Shown here one piece after another: positions 31,434-44,411 of a DNA stretch of 64,000 nt. Made by a program: the position numbers and the translations under genes. The stretch's first letter is position 1; every line of letters begins with the position of its first letter. The stretch spans positions 1-64,000 of the forward strand of contig CDMY01000333.1 in NCBI GenBank assembly GCA_001179505.1. Direction: 5' to 3'. The notes beneath the pieces were generated by a model. That model made no database searches, was not told the DNA's origin, and saw nothing but the letters and a program-made list of their open reading frames with translations. The stretch is from Vitrella brassicaformis CCMP3155 (taxonomy: Eukaryota; Protista; Chromerida).

Positions 31434-33649
31434 CTATGCCGCCCCTGTGGCCCTTCTCCTGTCCCTCTCCACCGACATGTTCTTGCGGCGCTGCCCACCG
31501 CTCCCCCGCCTCACCGTCTCGAGCGACGCCCGCACACTCAGCCGACGCCGCTCCCACAGCCGATCCCCCTCGCCCTTGCGCAAAAAGTCGAACCGCATGG
31601 CCGTCGGCGACGCGGCGGCCGGGCCCTCGTGGAACAAAGGCGGGGTGGGCAGGCTGATGTCCATCGGCACCGGCCCCCTCTCTGTCTGGTCCTGGCTCTT
31701 TTGCTTCTTGCTGTCCTCGCTGCTGTCGGCCAGGTGGGCGGCGGACGATGGCCGCTTCTGAGGGGTCACCAAGTCTCTCACCGCCGGATGGGCCACGCGG
31801 GACGGCCGTGACTTGTGCCGCACCCCAGACGGCCGAGGCGGACGCCCGATGGACGCAGAGGGCGTCGGGGGGGCCGCGGACACCGGCTGGCCGCCATCCT
31901 TCTTATCTCTCTGTTTGCGGCCAGACACCGCAGTGGGTGGCGGCGGCGGCATGACCAGCCCCTCGCGCACCGCCGCACCACTCGGCCCCTCCGGCACAAA
32001 GCCCGCCGTCCTGTGGCGCTGCAGCGGGTAGGGCCCACCCTCACCCTTGCCCTTCACAGCGCCGGCCATCGTGTGGCGGATCCCCCCGCCCCCATCCCTG
32101 GCCGTCAGGTCCGTGTTGGCGTTGATCGGCCTCACTTTAGCGCCCACCGGCGGCCCCCCGCCCCTGTCAGCATCGGCCAACTCAACCACTCTGTCGAGTC
32201 GGGAGGGCCGGCTGGCGACTGGCGGCGGGGGGGAGGGGACACCCATGGCAGCGATCTCGTGTGCAGGGGTGGCTGGGGGCGGGGGGGAGGGACTTGGGAG
32301 GGGATGCCTGTCTGTCTCATCCGTGTCGGGGAGGGGGTGTCTGGCGGGGGTGGGCGGCAGCGACGCGTAGACGCGCTCGTGAGTGGTGCGATAATACTCA
32401 GACAGCAGGGCCGCATTCGACGGATCTTCCTGCCCCCACAACGCCGCACAAAGAGGGCAAATGACCGTCTGTCTGTGTGTCAGTTGTGTGTGGGTCAGTG
32501 TACCGCTAGTATGGCCTCCATGTCCCAGTGGCTGCGCTGCGTCGAGTTGATGACATCCAAAAACATTGGCTCGAGCCGCTCCAACTCCTGACAAACACAC
32601 AAACCCACAGAGGGAGAAGGCATTCCATCTGGTGGTCTCATTGCAGTGGTGTGGGCCTTTGCGCACCGTCACCAGCAGCCGAGTGGTCGGCAGCGGCATC
32701 AACTTGACCGTACGGCCACGGATGTAGTCGAAATACCTGCAGAGCAGCACAGAAGACCCATCGATGGGCGCCTTGTTGTCATTCCTCTGTGTGTGATTTG
32801 TTTACGTGGTAACGTGTTTGACGGCCTCCATCTCCTGATTGTCGTCACCGATGGCAATGACGGTGTCAAAGCGGCCCTTGGGGTACATCTGCAACTCCTC
32901 AGCCACCATCATAGCCTGCAAACCCCACCAACGCACACACACACACACATCGACAAACACATCAAGACATATTCCCCCTCTCCCTCCCCTGTGACCTTCT
33001 TTGTGTATGCGAATTTGGGGTCGGGGAATCGTTCAGTGGCTGAGAGGATCTCAATCTGGTGCTGGTCGATGAGCTTCGTGAGCTGCGGGAAGTGCTCGAT
33101 GGCTTTGGTCTCCACCCAGCCCACATTGGCCGACGTCACTATCATGACCTTGCCCTCAGAGACCGCCACGCGCAGCAGCCGACTCGCCACTTCGTCAAGC
33201 CGCCTCACCAGCTGAGGGTCGTCGCTGCCGCGCCCAACCATCCCCCGCAACGCCGCCGTGTGGCACAGAGTGTCGTCCTGAAACGAAGGCAGAGAAAAAA
33301 GGGATGCCATTGCAAACACGCCTCTGTGCGACGATCTCCCTCCCTCTCTCCATTGCTCTCTCACCCAGTCGAAGAAGATGAGGTTGCGTTTGTCGTCGGG
33401 GCAGTCGTGTGTGTGCCAGGTGGGCAGATGCCACTGCTGTTTGGCATTGCCGCGCCGGCCGCCCACTCCACTGCAGCTCTGCCGGGCGGGCGCCGAGTGG
33501 TGCATCACGTCACCATTCTTCTCGTGGCTGGCGCGGCGCGTCGGGCGGGGCGGTGTGCGGTCACCGGATGCACCAGATGCATCGAACGAGGCAGCAACTG
33601 CCGTTTGAGGTGGGGCGAGTGACGGTGAGGGGCGGGGAGGACCCTCCAT
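31434..33649 (-). CDS. HAD-like (DWDDT) protein of the alveolate conserved family, with a long Pro-rich low-complexity C-terminus
   Basis: Spliced LIFFDW|DDTLC, VMIVTSANVGWVE, EILSATERF, VIAIGDDNQEMEAV, RTVKLMPLP. These match HAD motifs I (DxD), II (T/S) and IV (GD). Further upstream exons to about 34263 are possible. Confidence 0.7.
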
Positions 33650-34811
33650 ATCGCTATGCTATCTATCGGGTCCCTCCTGTCAGAAAATGCGCTCAAAGCA
33701 ATGCATTCGTACGAACGCTAGGAGACAAACACGCGTCATGGGAATGGCGAGGACTCGGGCTCGCAATTTTGGCGAAGATCTCTGAACGTGTGGCTGCTCC
33801 CTGGTTGAAGGCTCGTCGACGATCAGCAGCAGCAGCTCCAGCCCGTCAGATCTGTCGGACATCCCACGATTGAAGGCGCGGGTGGGGGACGGGTGGGGTG
33901 GGATCGGGTGGGGTGCGATGGATGGATGGATAGTCACATGCGCCTGCATTCTCACCCTATCCATCCATCCATCCAGGCAGCGCCGGCCCTCGACCACTGG
34001 AGCGTGGCCGGGGAGGCGCACAGTGTGTACCATGAGCCGACCGACACTGCTGGTTTTGCTCCTGCTGCGTGCAAACAATGAAGACATACACCCACACATG
34101 CACACCCACACCCATACACACGCAGAGACCGATGGACCGAGTCAGTCCGTCTTCCCTCCTCAGCCATGGAAAATTGCACTGTTGCAGGTCGGCCACTGTC
34201 CACTCCCACCATACATACCGTATAACGTAGCGATCGACGTGTGGATCCGTCCATCTCATCCATGGTCGCACGGGTCGTGAAGGGCACGAAAAATGGGCCT
34301 GCGCTGCACGCAGATAGATAGATGCACCACACACACGCGCGGGTCAATGCATCCACTCATCTCATGCAGCAGGCGGCGAGCAGCAGAGGCACCAACACAC
34401 ACACACGTACACCACCCAGCAGCACTCGACGCACGGCACCACACATCGTGTTCGTTCGGGTCGCCGGCCCATCGCCCGGCTATCGCCCATCGCTCGCGCG
34501 CCATCCCATCGATGGATGGCTTTGTTTACACCCTCCCTACATCAACGAGGCAGCCAGCCAGCCAGGCACACAACCACTTGCACCAGACAGACTCACAGGG
34601 TGACATGAAAAATCACCACACACATGCGATGCACCACCCCCTCCCAGGCCCACGCCCACACTCACACGGCAACCGACAGAAAAACATCAGCATACACATG
34701 GATGCAGTAGGAAAGGACACGTGGCAGTCAGGCCACGCACCCACATACACGCACCGGTACCCATCTCTCTCGCCCTCCCTCCCTCCCTCCCTCCTGCGTC
34801 AGTCAGTTATG

Positions 34812-36382
34812 CTATGAGTACTGTGCGAGGAACTGGTCGTGGAAGTCCTTGATGCGGTCCAACACACCTCCTAGCTTCGACTCCTGCACACACACCGTAC
34901 CATCGCCACACACACACGCCAATGACAGTGTGACTGAGTGTCTCAGTTTGTCACACTTCTACCTACCTCAGGCAGGATGGTCATTCGGTAGTGCAGGCTG
35001 CCCGGCCGCTGGCCGAACCCGCTGCCAGGCACCACTATCACACCTGCACACACAGAGAGAGATACACACACACGATGGATCAGGTCAGCACGCCCCTCCC
35101 TCTCTGTCTGTCTGTCTTTCTCTCTCTCTCTCTGTGTGGGTGTGGGTGTCGCTGACTGACTGACTGACCGGTGTGTTCGAGCAGCTGCAGGCAGTAAAAC
35201 ATGTCGGGCTGCTGCCCCGCCTGCCTGGCAGCCTCGATAGCCCGCGGCGGCAGCTCTATCCGCGGGAAGGCATACATAGCACCCTCAACCCGCTGCACAC
35301 ACATACACGGGACACACACACACATACGCCACCGTGCTGGCTGCATGGATGTCTGAGGGTGGGTGGCGGATGACGTGTGTACCTGGCAGGAGACGCCCTT
35401 CATTTCGTTGAGTTTGCGGTGGACGAGGATGGCCTTCCGCTGGAGGGCGCTGAAGATCGCACGCCGCTCGCGGGTGTACTGGTCGTACGAAGGCGATCCC
35501 GGCTCGGGCGGCGTCAGGATGGACGCTATCATGGCCTGACAGACACACGGATGGATGGATGGACGGACGACACAAGGGAAGGTTGGTGTGATGTGATGTG
35601 ATGCGCTGTGGGTCTGTCTTTCTGTCATTGGATGTGCCTACCTACCTGTCCGAGTGTGTTTGCGCAGAGGCTGATTGAGAAGAGTTTGTACAGCTGCTCG
35701 ATGACGGCCTCGTCGACGTTGTGTGCGTGGAGCAGGCCGCCCCGCACACCGCACTCGCCCGTCACGCCCTTGGAGCTCGAGTGGAACGTGAACAGCTCCA
35801 AAGGAGACGACAGATCCGCCAACACCTGCACACACCACACCCACACACACAGACGGACATCCGTGTGTGGCTGGCTGGATGGGTCTTTATGAGTGTGTGT
35901 GGTCCCCTCTCTCCCTGACCCGTCTGAACGGCACGAAGGGCTTCTCGTCGAGGTAGACGTTGTCCTGGTAGACCTCATCGGCGAGCAGCACGAGCTTCTC
36001 CCTCTCGCAGAATTCGACCACGTCCACCATCTGCTGCCGGGTGAGGATGCCGCCAGTGGGGTTGCCCGGATTGATGACCACCAGCGCGCGCACGCGGCCG
36101 CCCGCCTGGCGCGCCTTGTCCAACGCCCCCTGGAGCTCGCCCATGTCCAGGCCCCACTGATCTTCCTCCTAGCAGATGGACAAATGGACCGATGGATGAC
36201 ACAAGACTCGACTCGTGCGGGTGTCTGTCACTGACTTTGAGATAGTAGCCGATGGCGCGTCCGCCGAGTCGTGTGATGGTGGCGGAGTAGAGGGGGTAAT
36301 GCGGGATGGGAATCATGACGCCATCGCGGCTGCTCTCGAGCAGCAGCTCCAACACCGTGCGCACCGCCGGGCTCGCACCTGC

Positions 36383-36433
<51 letters not shown>

Positions 36434-37601
36434 GGGGATGGAGAGGTATAGATGCGTCGGCATTGCATGCATTGGGTTGCGTGCCTTAGAGTGTGCACCG
36501 TACCGTCAGTGAGCATGATGTGTTCCGGGTCAGTGAGGATGCCGTCCCTCTTGGTGAACCACCTGGCGATGTCCTCACGCAACTGCGGGATGCCTGCAGG
36601 CAGGCAGGCACGCAACACACACACACACATATCTCATGTGTGTGGCCGGCGATCGGTCTGTCTGTCTGTCTGTCTGTGGTGTGTGACCTTTGCTGTGGCT
36701 GTAGGCCCCGAATGACGGGAATGACTTCAAGTAGGACCTGGCGCGGCTCACCACATCTGCTGGGAAGAGCCCGGGCTGGTCCATCAAGTGGGGATTCGTC
36801 ACACACGCCAGGACCTGCAGCAATCCGATCGGATCCATCACACACAACACACATGGGCAGGGCTGGCGATCTGTACTCTCCCGCCCACGTCACGTCACGT
36901 CACGTGCCTGTCTGTTGAAAGCGATGGGCTTCTGTCCGACCGCCTGTGGGTTGCCGATGTTGGCCGGGATGATCTCACTGAACGGCAGGGAACCTGACAA
37001 TGCATCATGACACACACACGCACCGACAACAAACACGTCATGAATCGAGCCATCGAATCGCTTGCAGATAGTTGAGTCGATCCCTCCCCCTTTCAGTCAC
37101 CAGGGTTGTCCCGCAGCTGTTTCGCCAACTCCCACGAGCGCGCCACCACCGCCCCCCTCACGGCATACTGCACACACACGTCCACACACAGACAGACAGA
37201 TGGATGGACCCATTGCGTGTTTCTCCCCTGGTGGGCCCGAGGAGGGCTGACCTCGGTGTCGCGTATCCTCTGCGGCACATCGTCGATGGTGAGTATCGGC
37301 CCGCACACGCCGGCGGGGTGGCCGTCGTCCTGGGCAGGGGTCGGCGACTCCAACTCCCGCTCGTGGCTGTGGTCCGACGTCGCCTCTGACACATGACACG
37401 CATCCGTCGACGCGTCAGACCTGCACACACATACACACACACACATATGCTGCAGGTCTAGTACACACAGCATGTTGATCCCTCGAGGAGGAGGACTCAC
37501 TTGGTCTTGGGTCTTGCGGGTTTGGTGACCTTCAAGCCGTCCTCCGTCTTGCCATTGGAGGCGTCGGAGTGCCCGGCGGAGGCCGGCTTGTCCACAACCA
37601 T
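34812..37601 (-). CDS. GPT: Alanine aminotransferase (PLP class I/II), multi-exon
   Basis: Motifs: EYAVRGAVVAR, NIGNPQAVGQKPI, GAYSHSKGIPQLREDIA, LTDGASPAV, GVMIPIPHYPLYSATI, VVINPGNPTG, LLADEVYQDNVY, FHSSSKGVTGECGVRGG, VEGAMYAFPRI. Ends DFHDQFLAQYS*. Probable start MVVDKPAS at 37601. Confidence 0.93.
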
Positions 37602-37874
37602 CGAACCGAAGGTCTGACACTGACTCACAGATGACAGCTCTCGCTTTTCCTGAGGAGCTACAAGATGACGAGAGAAGGGTAACCAGCTTCTCTGCAGTCG
37701 CTACCCGAACTTTTGGGCGTCGCGCGCGAGCTGAAAGTCGACCTACTCCAAGCTCGCATTCGTGTGTCCTTGTTCGTTCTCTGTAGTCGCCTCTCTCCGA
37801 GAAGGCCTTGCTTGCCTTGCCTGAAGGCCTTGTCGCCTCAGCGGCTGTCGTCGCCATGTCGTGATAGTGGGACA
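37602..37874. promoter_or_regulatory. Putative bidirectional promoter between the alanine aminotransferase and Kelch-RING genes
   Basis: Head-to-head start codons about 270 bp apart, with no microsatellite tracts between them. Confidence 0.45.
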
Positions 37875-40800
37875 ATGATGAATGGCCGGCACGCCCCGAT
37901 GCAGACGAACGGCGGCGTGTCGAACGGGCGGAGGATGGAGTGGGAGCAAATCCAGAACATCGGCGACGTCTACTCCTCCCGCACGGGGCATGCTGTGGTC
38001 CTCTACGACGACGTCCTGTACCTCTTCGGCGGCACCGACGGCAGCGCACGCCAAAACGACCTCTACGCCTTCAATATCGGTGCGCCGGGAAGAGCGGGAC
38101 ACACACACAACTACAGAAAGGGGAAGAACCGCAGTGCGTATCATTGCAAACATACACATGAGGACTCTCTCTCCCTCTCCTCTGTGTGTGTGTGTGTTGT
38201 GCCATTCCTTGGCTCACGCAGAGAACGGTCTGTGGCAGTTGGTAGCGGACGACCGGGGTCCCTCCCGGCCGCCCAGCGCCCGGTCCGGGTGTCAGGGCAT
38301 CGCCTACGAGGGCAAGCTGTACTTCTTCGGCGGCTACACCAAGAAGGACGGCGAGTACTTCAACGACGTCCACGAGTTCGACATCGCCCGGTGCCGCTGG
38401 GCGCCCATCAAGCCCATCGGGGAGCCGCCCGCCCGCCGCACCGACCACAGCATGGTGCTGTACGGCACCACGGCCTACATCTTCGGCGGGTTTGACGGCC
38501 GCAACCGGTTCAACGACATGCGGGCGCTCGGCCTGGCGGGCGAGAGCAAACGGTGGCTGCACGTCGTGGCCAACCGGTCGACGCAGAACCCGCCCAAGAA
38601 CCGGTTTGGCCACACGGCCGTCGTCTATGAGAATAGCATGTAAATCTGTCGGTCTGTCTGTCTGAGTGGGGGGTGGATGGATGGATGGACAGATGGGGTG
38701 GAGAGGTGGATTGGATGGGTCAGTCATTGTGTGTGTCATGTTTCTGTGTGTGTGTGTGTATGTGTGTGTGTGTGTGCAGGTATGTGTTCGGCGGCTGGGA
38801 CGGACACGAGACTTTGTCGGATCTGTATGAGTACCTCTTTGGCACCAACGAGTGGATCAACTTGCCGCCCAGGGGAAGCGCACCCAAACCGAGATACAGG
38901 TAAGGTACAGGCACACGCACACACCACACCAAACACACCTTCGAATCCATCCATGTATGTGGATTAATCGCTGTCATGCAATGCACTGCAGGCACTCTGC
39001 CGTGATCGGTGGCACCAAGATGTTCGTCTTCGGCGGTGTTGACAAGACACAGACACGATACGTCGGTAGGAACCCTTCCCACCCATACACACACACACCA
39101 CACACATCCAACACGCACACACCACACACATCCAACACACACACACACACACACAGCACAACGTTGCTCCGTTGGTTGTCTTTTTGGGCCCCCCCCCCCC
39201 AGATTTCCATGTGTTCGACTGCGTGGCGCGCACCTGGACGCAGCTGGAGACGGGCGGCAACGTGCCGTCGGCCCGCACCTTCCACCGTGCCGTCATGCAC
39301 CGGGGGTACATGTACATCCTCGGCGGCTTCGACGGCCGCAGGCAGAACGACACCTATCGAATCAAGGTCCTCAGCGCTGAGCAGGAGCGCATCCAGGAGC
39401 AGAGGAACAACGTGGCCAGGAACGGGGCGCTCACCAACGGGGCCGCCAGCGCCGCTGCGGCTGGTAAGAATGCAAATAGATGTGCAGACCAGACCGACAC
39501 AGACAGAGAGGGGGAGGGGGTGGGGTGGAGTGGTTGTGCGCATGTTGGTTGTGTGATCTGTGTGTGTGGTATTTGTTGTGTTGTGGGTGTGTGCAGGCGC
39601 GGCGACTCGTGGGACGGAGTCGATGAATGCGGTGATGCCTGAGGACTTCTGGCAGTGGATTCACATCACCGGCGAGAGGGGAGACAAGTACACACCCAGG
39701 ACAGGTGGGTGGGTGAGAAGGAACGAAGGACACACACCTGCGAGACCCGATCCGTCCATCGGTCCACCCATCGATCCATCCATGTGTGTGTGTGTGTGTG
39801 TGCGTGTGTGTGTGTGTGTTCTCAGGTCATGCTGTGGTAGTGTGGAACGACCATTTCTACCTCTTTGGCGGCACCGACGAGACGGCCAGGCAAAACGACA
39901 TATACCAATACGACATCCCCGGCAACCGGTGGGCAATGCAATGCATCCCATACACACACACACACACCTCAACAGCCAGCCACAGCACACACGCACTCCT
40001 TCTCTCCCTCCCTCCCTCCCTCTGTGTGTATCTGTGATGTGATGTGATGTGACGTGTGTAGGTGGGACAAGGTGATTCCCTCGGGCGGCGTGGTGCCAGC
40101 GTCCCGGTCGGGCAGCAAGGGGGTGGTCTATCGCGACTACGTCTACTTCTTCGGCGGCTACACCAAGAAGGACGGCGAGTACTTCAACGACGTATTCAGA
40201 TACTCAATACCTAACAAAGTCTGGGAGACGGTAAGTAACCGCACACACACACACACGGATGGATGGATGGATGGATGGCACACACACACACACATCTGTG
40301 TGTGTCATGTCAATGGGTGGGTGCTTGTTTGTTTCAGGTGCGCACGTCCGGTGACGACCCCCCCGCCCGCACAGACCACAGCTGTGTGGTGCAGAACAAC
40401 CGGATGCTCGTCTTCGGCGGCTTCGACGGACGCGTCAGGTTCCAGGACCTGCAGATGCTCGACCTAGGTACACACATACAAGCCACACACACACACATGG
40501 ATGGATGGATGGATGGATTCCTTGTGCACCGTGCAGAGCAGCATCGTTGGGAGCAGCCGCCCGAGGCGGGAGCCATGGCGACTCCCCCGCCCATGGGCCG
40601 CTTCGGGCACACGGCCGTCATCTACAACAACAGCATGTTCATCTTTGGCGGCTGGAACGGTCACGAGACGCTGGACGACCTATACGAATTCTCACTCGGT
40701 GAGCGGCCCAAGGGGCGGGGCGGGGAGGTGTGTATGGTGTGTATGTGTGTATGGTGTGTTGGTGCGGTGCTGATGTGGCTGGCTGTTGCTGTGGTCGTTG

Positions 40801-42090
40801 TTTGTCTGGCAGGCACGTTTCAGTGGTACAATGTGCCCAACCGTGGCAGGAACGTTCCCAAGTCGCGATACAGGTGAGTGGTGTGGAGGTTTGAACACGA
40901 GTTGCCCACTTGAGACAAGGAGGCAGGCCATTAGTGGTTGGTGTTGTGTCTGTCATGTGTGTCATGTGTGTCCCACATGCAGGCACTCCGCGGCCGTCTA
41001 CGGCTGTTCGATGTTCATCTTCGGCGGGGTGGACAAGAACCAGGTAGCTAGGGACACGTTGCGATCTCGACGGGAGGGGCTGGATGGATGGATGGACGCC
41101 CACCACCATCTGCATGTGCATGTGTGTGTGTTGTGCAGGATCGGTTTGCGGATTTGTTTGAGTTCAACATCGACACGCGCGAGTGGGCGCAGATCAACAC
41201 CATGGGGCATCCGCCCACTGCCAGGTCACGCACAGCACACACACACACACATACACATACACATACACACATGCCGCCAGAAACATGATCTCCTCTCCTC
41301 TCCTCTCATCTCCTCTCCCCCCACATGTCATGTGTGTGTGTGTGTCTGCAGAACCTTCCACCGTGCCGTCGTGTGGGGCGGCTACATGTACGTCCTCGGT
41401 GGGCAACGCACACACCGACAGCCAGCCAGCCACCGCACACACACACTCTCTCTATATGTGTGTGTTGTGTGATGTGTGCAGGTGGCTTCGACGGCAGCCG
41501 CAAGAACGACATGTACAAGATCGCGTTGGTCGAGAGCATCCCCCGCGACGAGGCTAGGCAGGCCAGGAGGGCGCGGCTGGGCATGGAGGGGCTCGGCGCC
41601 GCACCGGACACAGAAAACGACGCAGAGGCGGCGGACAAGGACTACGACCACCTCGACGAGACCGGGCAGCTCAAACGGCGGGTCAGTCAGTCTGCGCTGA
41701 GGGGCGAGGAATGGCAAACAGACAGACAGACAGACAGACAGGTGGTGTGCATGGTGTGTTGGTCTGTGTTGGTGTGTGTAGGTGAACGAGTTGTTGAGTC
41801 GGTTGGCGGCGGAGATCGAGCGCAACGTGTGTAAGGTGTGCTACGAGAGGGACATCAACTGCGTCCTACTCGACTGCGCACACCGGGTGGTCTGCTCGCA
41901 ATGCGCCGAATCGCTCCCGCCACCCAGGATGGTCCGCACGCAGATACGACAGACAAGCAACCAAACACACCGAGACCAGCAGGAAGACACAGATGGGGCA
42001 TCACTTGTCTGTCTGTGTGTGTGTGTGTGTGTGCAGTGTCCGGTGTGCAGGAAGCCGATCCGGCGAGCGCTCGAGACGTTCAACGCTTGA
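37875..42090 (+). CDS. Protein with 12 Kelch repeats (two six-bladed propellers, LZTR1-like blades) and a C-terminal RING-HC; putative E3 ubiquitin ligase
   Basis: Two runs of RTGHAVV..LFGGTD / FFGGYTKKDGEYFNDV / RTDHS..FGGFDG / RFGHTAV..FGGW.GHETL / RYRHSA..FGGVDK / RTFHRAV..LGGFDG. Then CKVCYERDINCVLLDCAHRVVCSQC..CPVCRKPI. Confidence 0.9.
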
Positions 42091-42153
42091 TGATGATGAT
42101 AATGATACTCATGACAAGATGATAGTCTACGACTCGATCTCTCTGTTGCTTGC

Positions 42154-42260
42154 CTGCCTGGCTGCCTCCCTGCCTGCCTGCCTCCCTGCCTGGCTGCCTC
42201 CCTGCCTGGCTGCCTCCCTGCCTGGCTGCCTCCCTGCCTGGCTGCCTCCCTGCCTGGCTG
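42154..42260. repeat. 16-bp minisatellite (CTGCCTGGCTGCCTCC)n, about 6.5 copies
   Basis: Visible directly just downstream of the Kelch-RING stop codon. One unit is variant. Confidence 0.9.
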
Positions 42261-44411
42261 TATGCCTGCATGCCTTCCTCCTTGCTTTGGCTGGATGGTG
42301 TCTGGCTGGCTGTGTGGATGGCTGTAGATTGCAATACTGACTGACCACACACTAACGCTCCGCTCCGCTCTGTCTTTATCGAACCATTCATATTGCATTG
42401 ATGATGCATTCATGCCATGCCATGCCATGCCTGCCACTCGTGTCTGTCTATCTCCCCATGCATTGCATCTGTGTGTGGGATGGCCGCCAGAGAGTGCCGT
42501 GCCGCTGTGAGTGAGTCTGCCGTGTCCACCACTCCTGGCCATGGTATGGTGACTGTCTGGATGGCTGTCGTCCTCCCTCCCTCCCTCCCTCCCTCCCTCC
42601 CTCTCTCCCTCTCCGGCTGGCCTGCCGGCCGGCTGGCAAGTGTTTGTCCATATCCTCCATTTCTTTGTCTTTTCGGCTGCCACTTTTTTCAGTGGACACT
42701 GACAGATATGACCATGGTGGGGTGGAGAGGGGGTGGGTGTGGTGTGGGTGGGGCTGCCTTGTAAGATGAGGAAGAGAGTCAGGCAGCTCAGCGCCCTCCC
42801 CATCCCCCTCCCCTCTGCGTGAGCTGCAAACAGTGACCTGGATGGATGCCTGCCTGTCTGCCTGCCTCCCTGGACCCTTTCAATCATTTGTGCAATCGTC
42901 TCTCTCGTGCTGGTCCGGTTTATCTTTTTGCGCCTTCCTTTTTCTTTCGAAGGCAGCACTTTTCACCCTCTTGCCTTTAGCGCGTTTTCCATGCCGTCTG
43001 TTTCTTTCGTTGGTTTCCCTCCCTCCCGTGTGTTCCTGTTCAGAAAGGCAGGCCAGCTCTCTCTCTTCGCTTTCCTTTGGCCACTGACTTTTCGCGGCGG
43101 GGGGGCGGCATTCATTCTGTTTGGGGCTCTCTTTGTTTTTGCCATCGTACAATGCTCCGACTGCGCCACGCCGCAGAGCACCGCTCGACCTCCGAACGAG
43201 CGACAGACACAGAGAGAGAAAGGAGAGAGGCAAGGGCACACCACAGGCAGGCAGGCAGGCAGACAGACATGTGTGTATCAACTCTGCTCACTCTCTCTCT
43301 CTCTGGCGCCATCAACCCATCAGCTCCCACAGGGGGCGTGCTGGGAACGACGTAGAGGTCGCAGACAGACAGCCAGACAGACAGACAGACGGAGAAGAAG
43401 AAGAAGAAGAAGAAGGAGGAAGAGAAGCATCATCGGACGTGAGTGGCGCGTGCGGCTGAACACTCGCATGTAATGCACACATGGGGCAGTACTGTTGGCT
43501 GTTGCTTTCTTTTTGTTTGTTTTGGGGCGGGTGTTTTCACTATGCGTTACTTTTCGCCTTTTCCTGTTTGATTGATACGTACGTACGTACGTTACGTGTG
43601 TGTATGATATCTGTCTGTCTGTATGGCTATCTATGGCTGCGCGGACAGACAGAGACCAGACGTTTCTCAGTGAATGTTGATTGATATCGATCGATGTCAG
43701 GGAGCGACCCACTCACTGGAGTCGACAGATAATGATGAGTAAGTAAGTCTGAGATACCATCCATGGCACATTCCGCTTTTGCGAAGGTGAGGCCACAGAT
43801 GAACGTCATGATCCACCGCCACGGGGACATCCGTAAGTGTCTCTCGTCTCTATGGCATATGGACGGACACATTCGGTCTCTCTCCTGATAGCTCGCCCAC
43901 AGCGATACACGCATTCATGACACACAGCCAGACTCACACGAAGGACTCAACAGCCACCGACCTATGGCGACAAACAAATGCAATTTTGAGGCAGTTGATA
44001 GCTAGGCCACAGACTTATAGAGCCTCACGTTCACAATAACCCTCCCTCCCTGCCTCCCTCCTTAAAGGCTCCTTCTTACCGTGGGTGTACAAGATGGTCA
44101 CTGACAAGAGTGGACAAGGCAGGAGACGTACCGTCTGTCTGTCTGACTGGCTGGCTGGCTTGCTTGTCTGCCTGCCCATATCGATCACGGCACAGTAGGC
44201 CAGCTGCAGTATCTCCACCGATACAAACACATCCATTCCCACAACCAAACGCCCTTCAGTCAATGGCCATGGGAACACGACACCCTCATGATGCATACCT
44301 TGCTCTCTCTCCCTCCCCCTTCCCCTCCTTCCACCACCACACATGTCACATGGACAATAACCGCCCTGTCCCCCCCTCCCTCCCTCCCTCCCCTTGCTCC
44401 CATAGCGCCCA

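Noticed and set aside
37602-38049. Long N-terminal extension of the alanine aminotransferase (ORF 37093..38049)
   Set aside because: It overlaps the Kelch gene start on the other strand. The alternative frame starting MVVDKPAS at 37601 splices in phase and looks more like coding sequence.
42154-42260. CRISPR-like or telomeric array
   Set aside because: Units are contiguous with no unique spacers, there are no cas genes, the context is eukaryotic, and the unit is not a telomere motif.
43627-43914. 95-aa minus-strand ORF (..SPWRWIMTFICGLTFAKAECAM..)
   Set aside because: No family motif and no phase-compatible link to the upstream hypothetical gene could be established.
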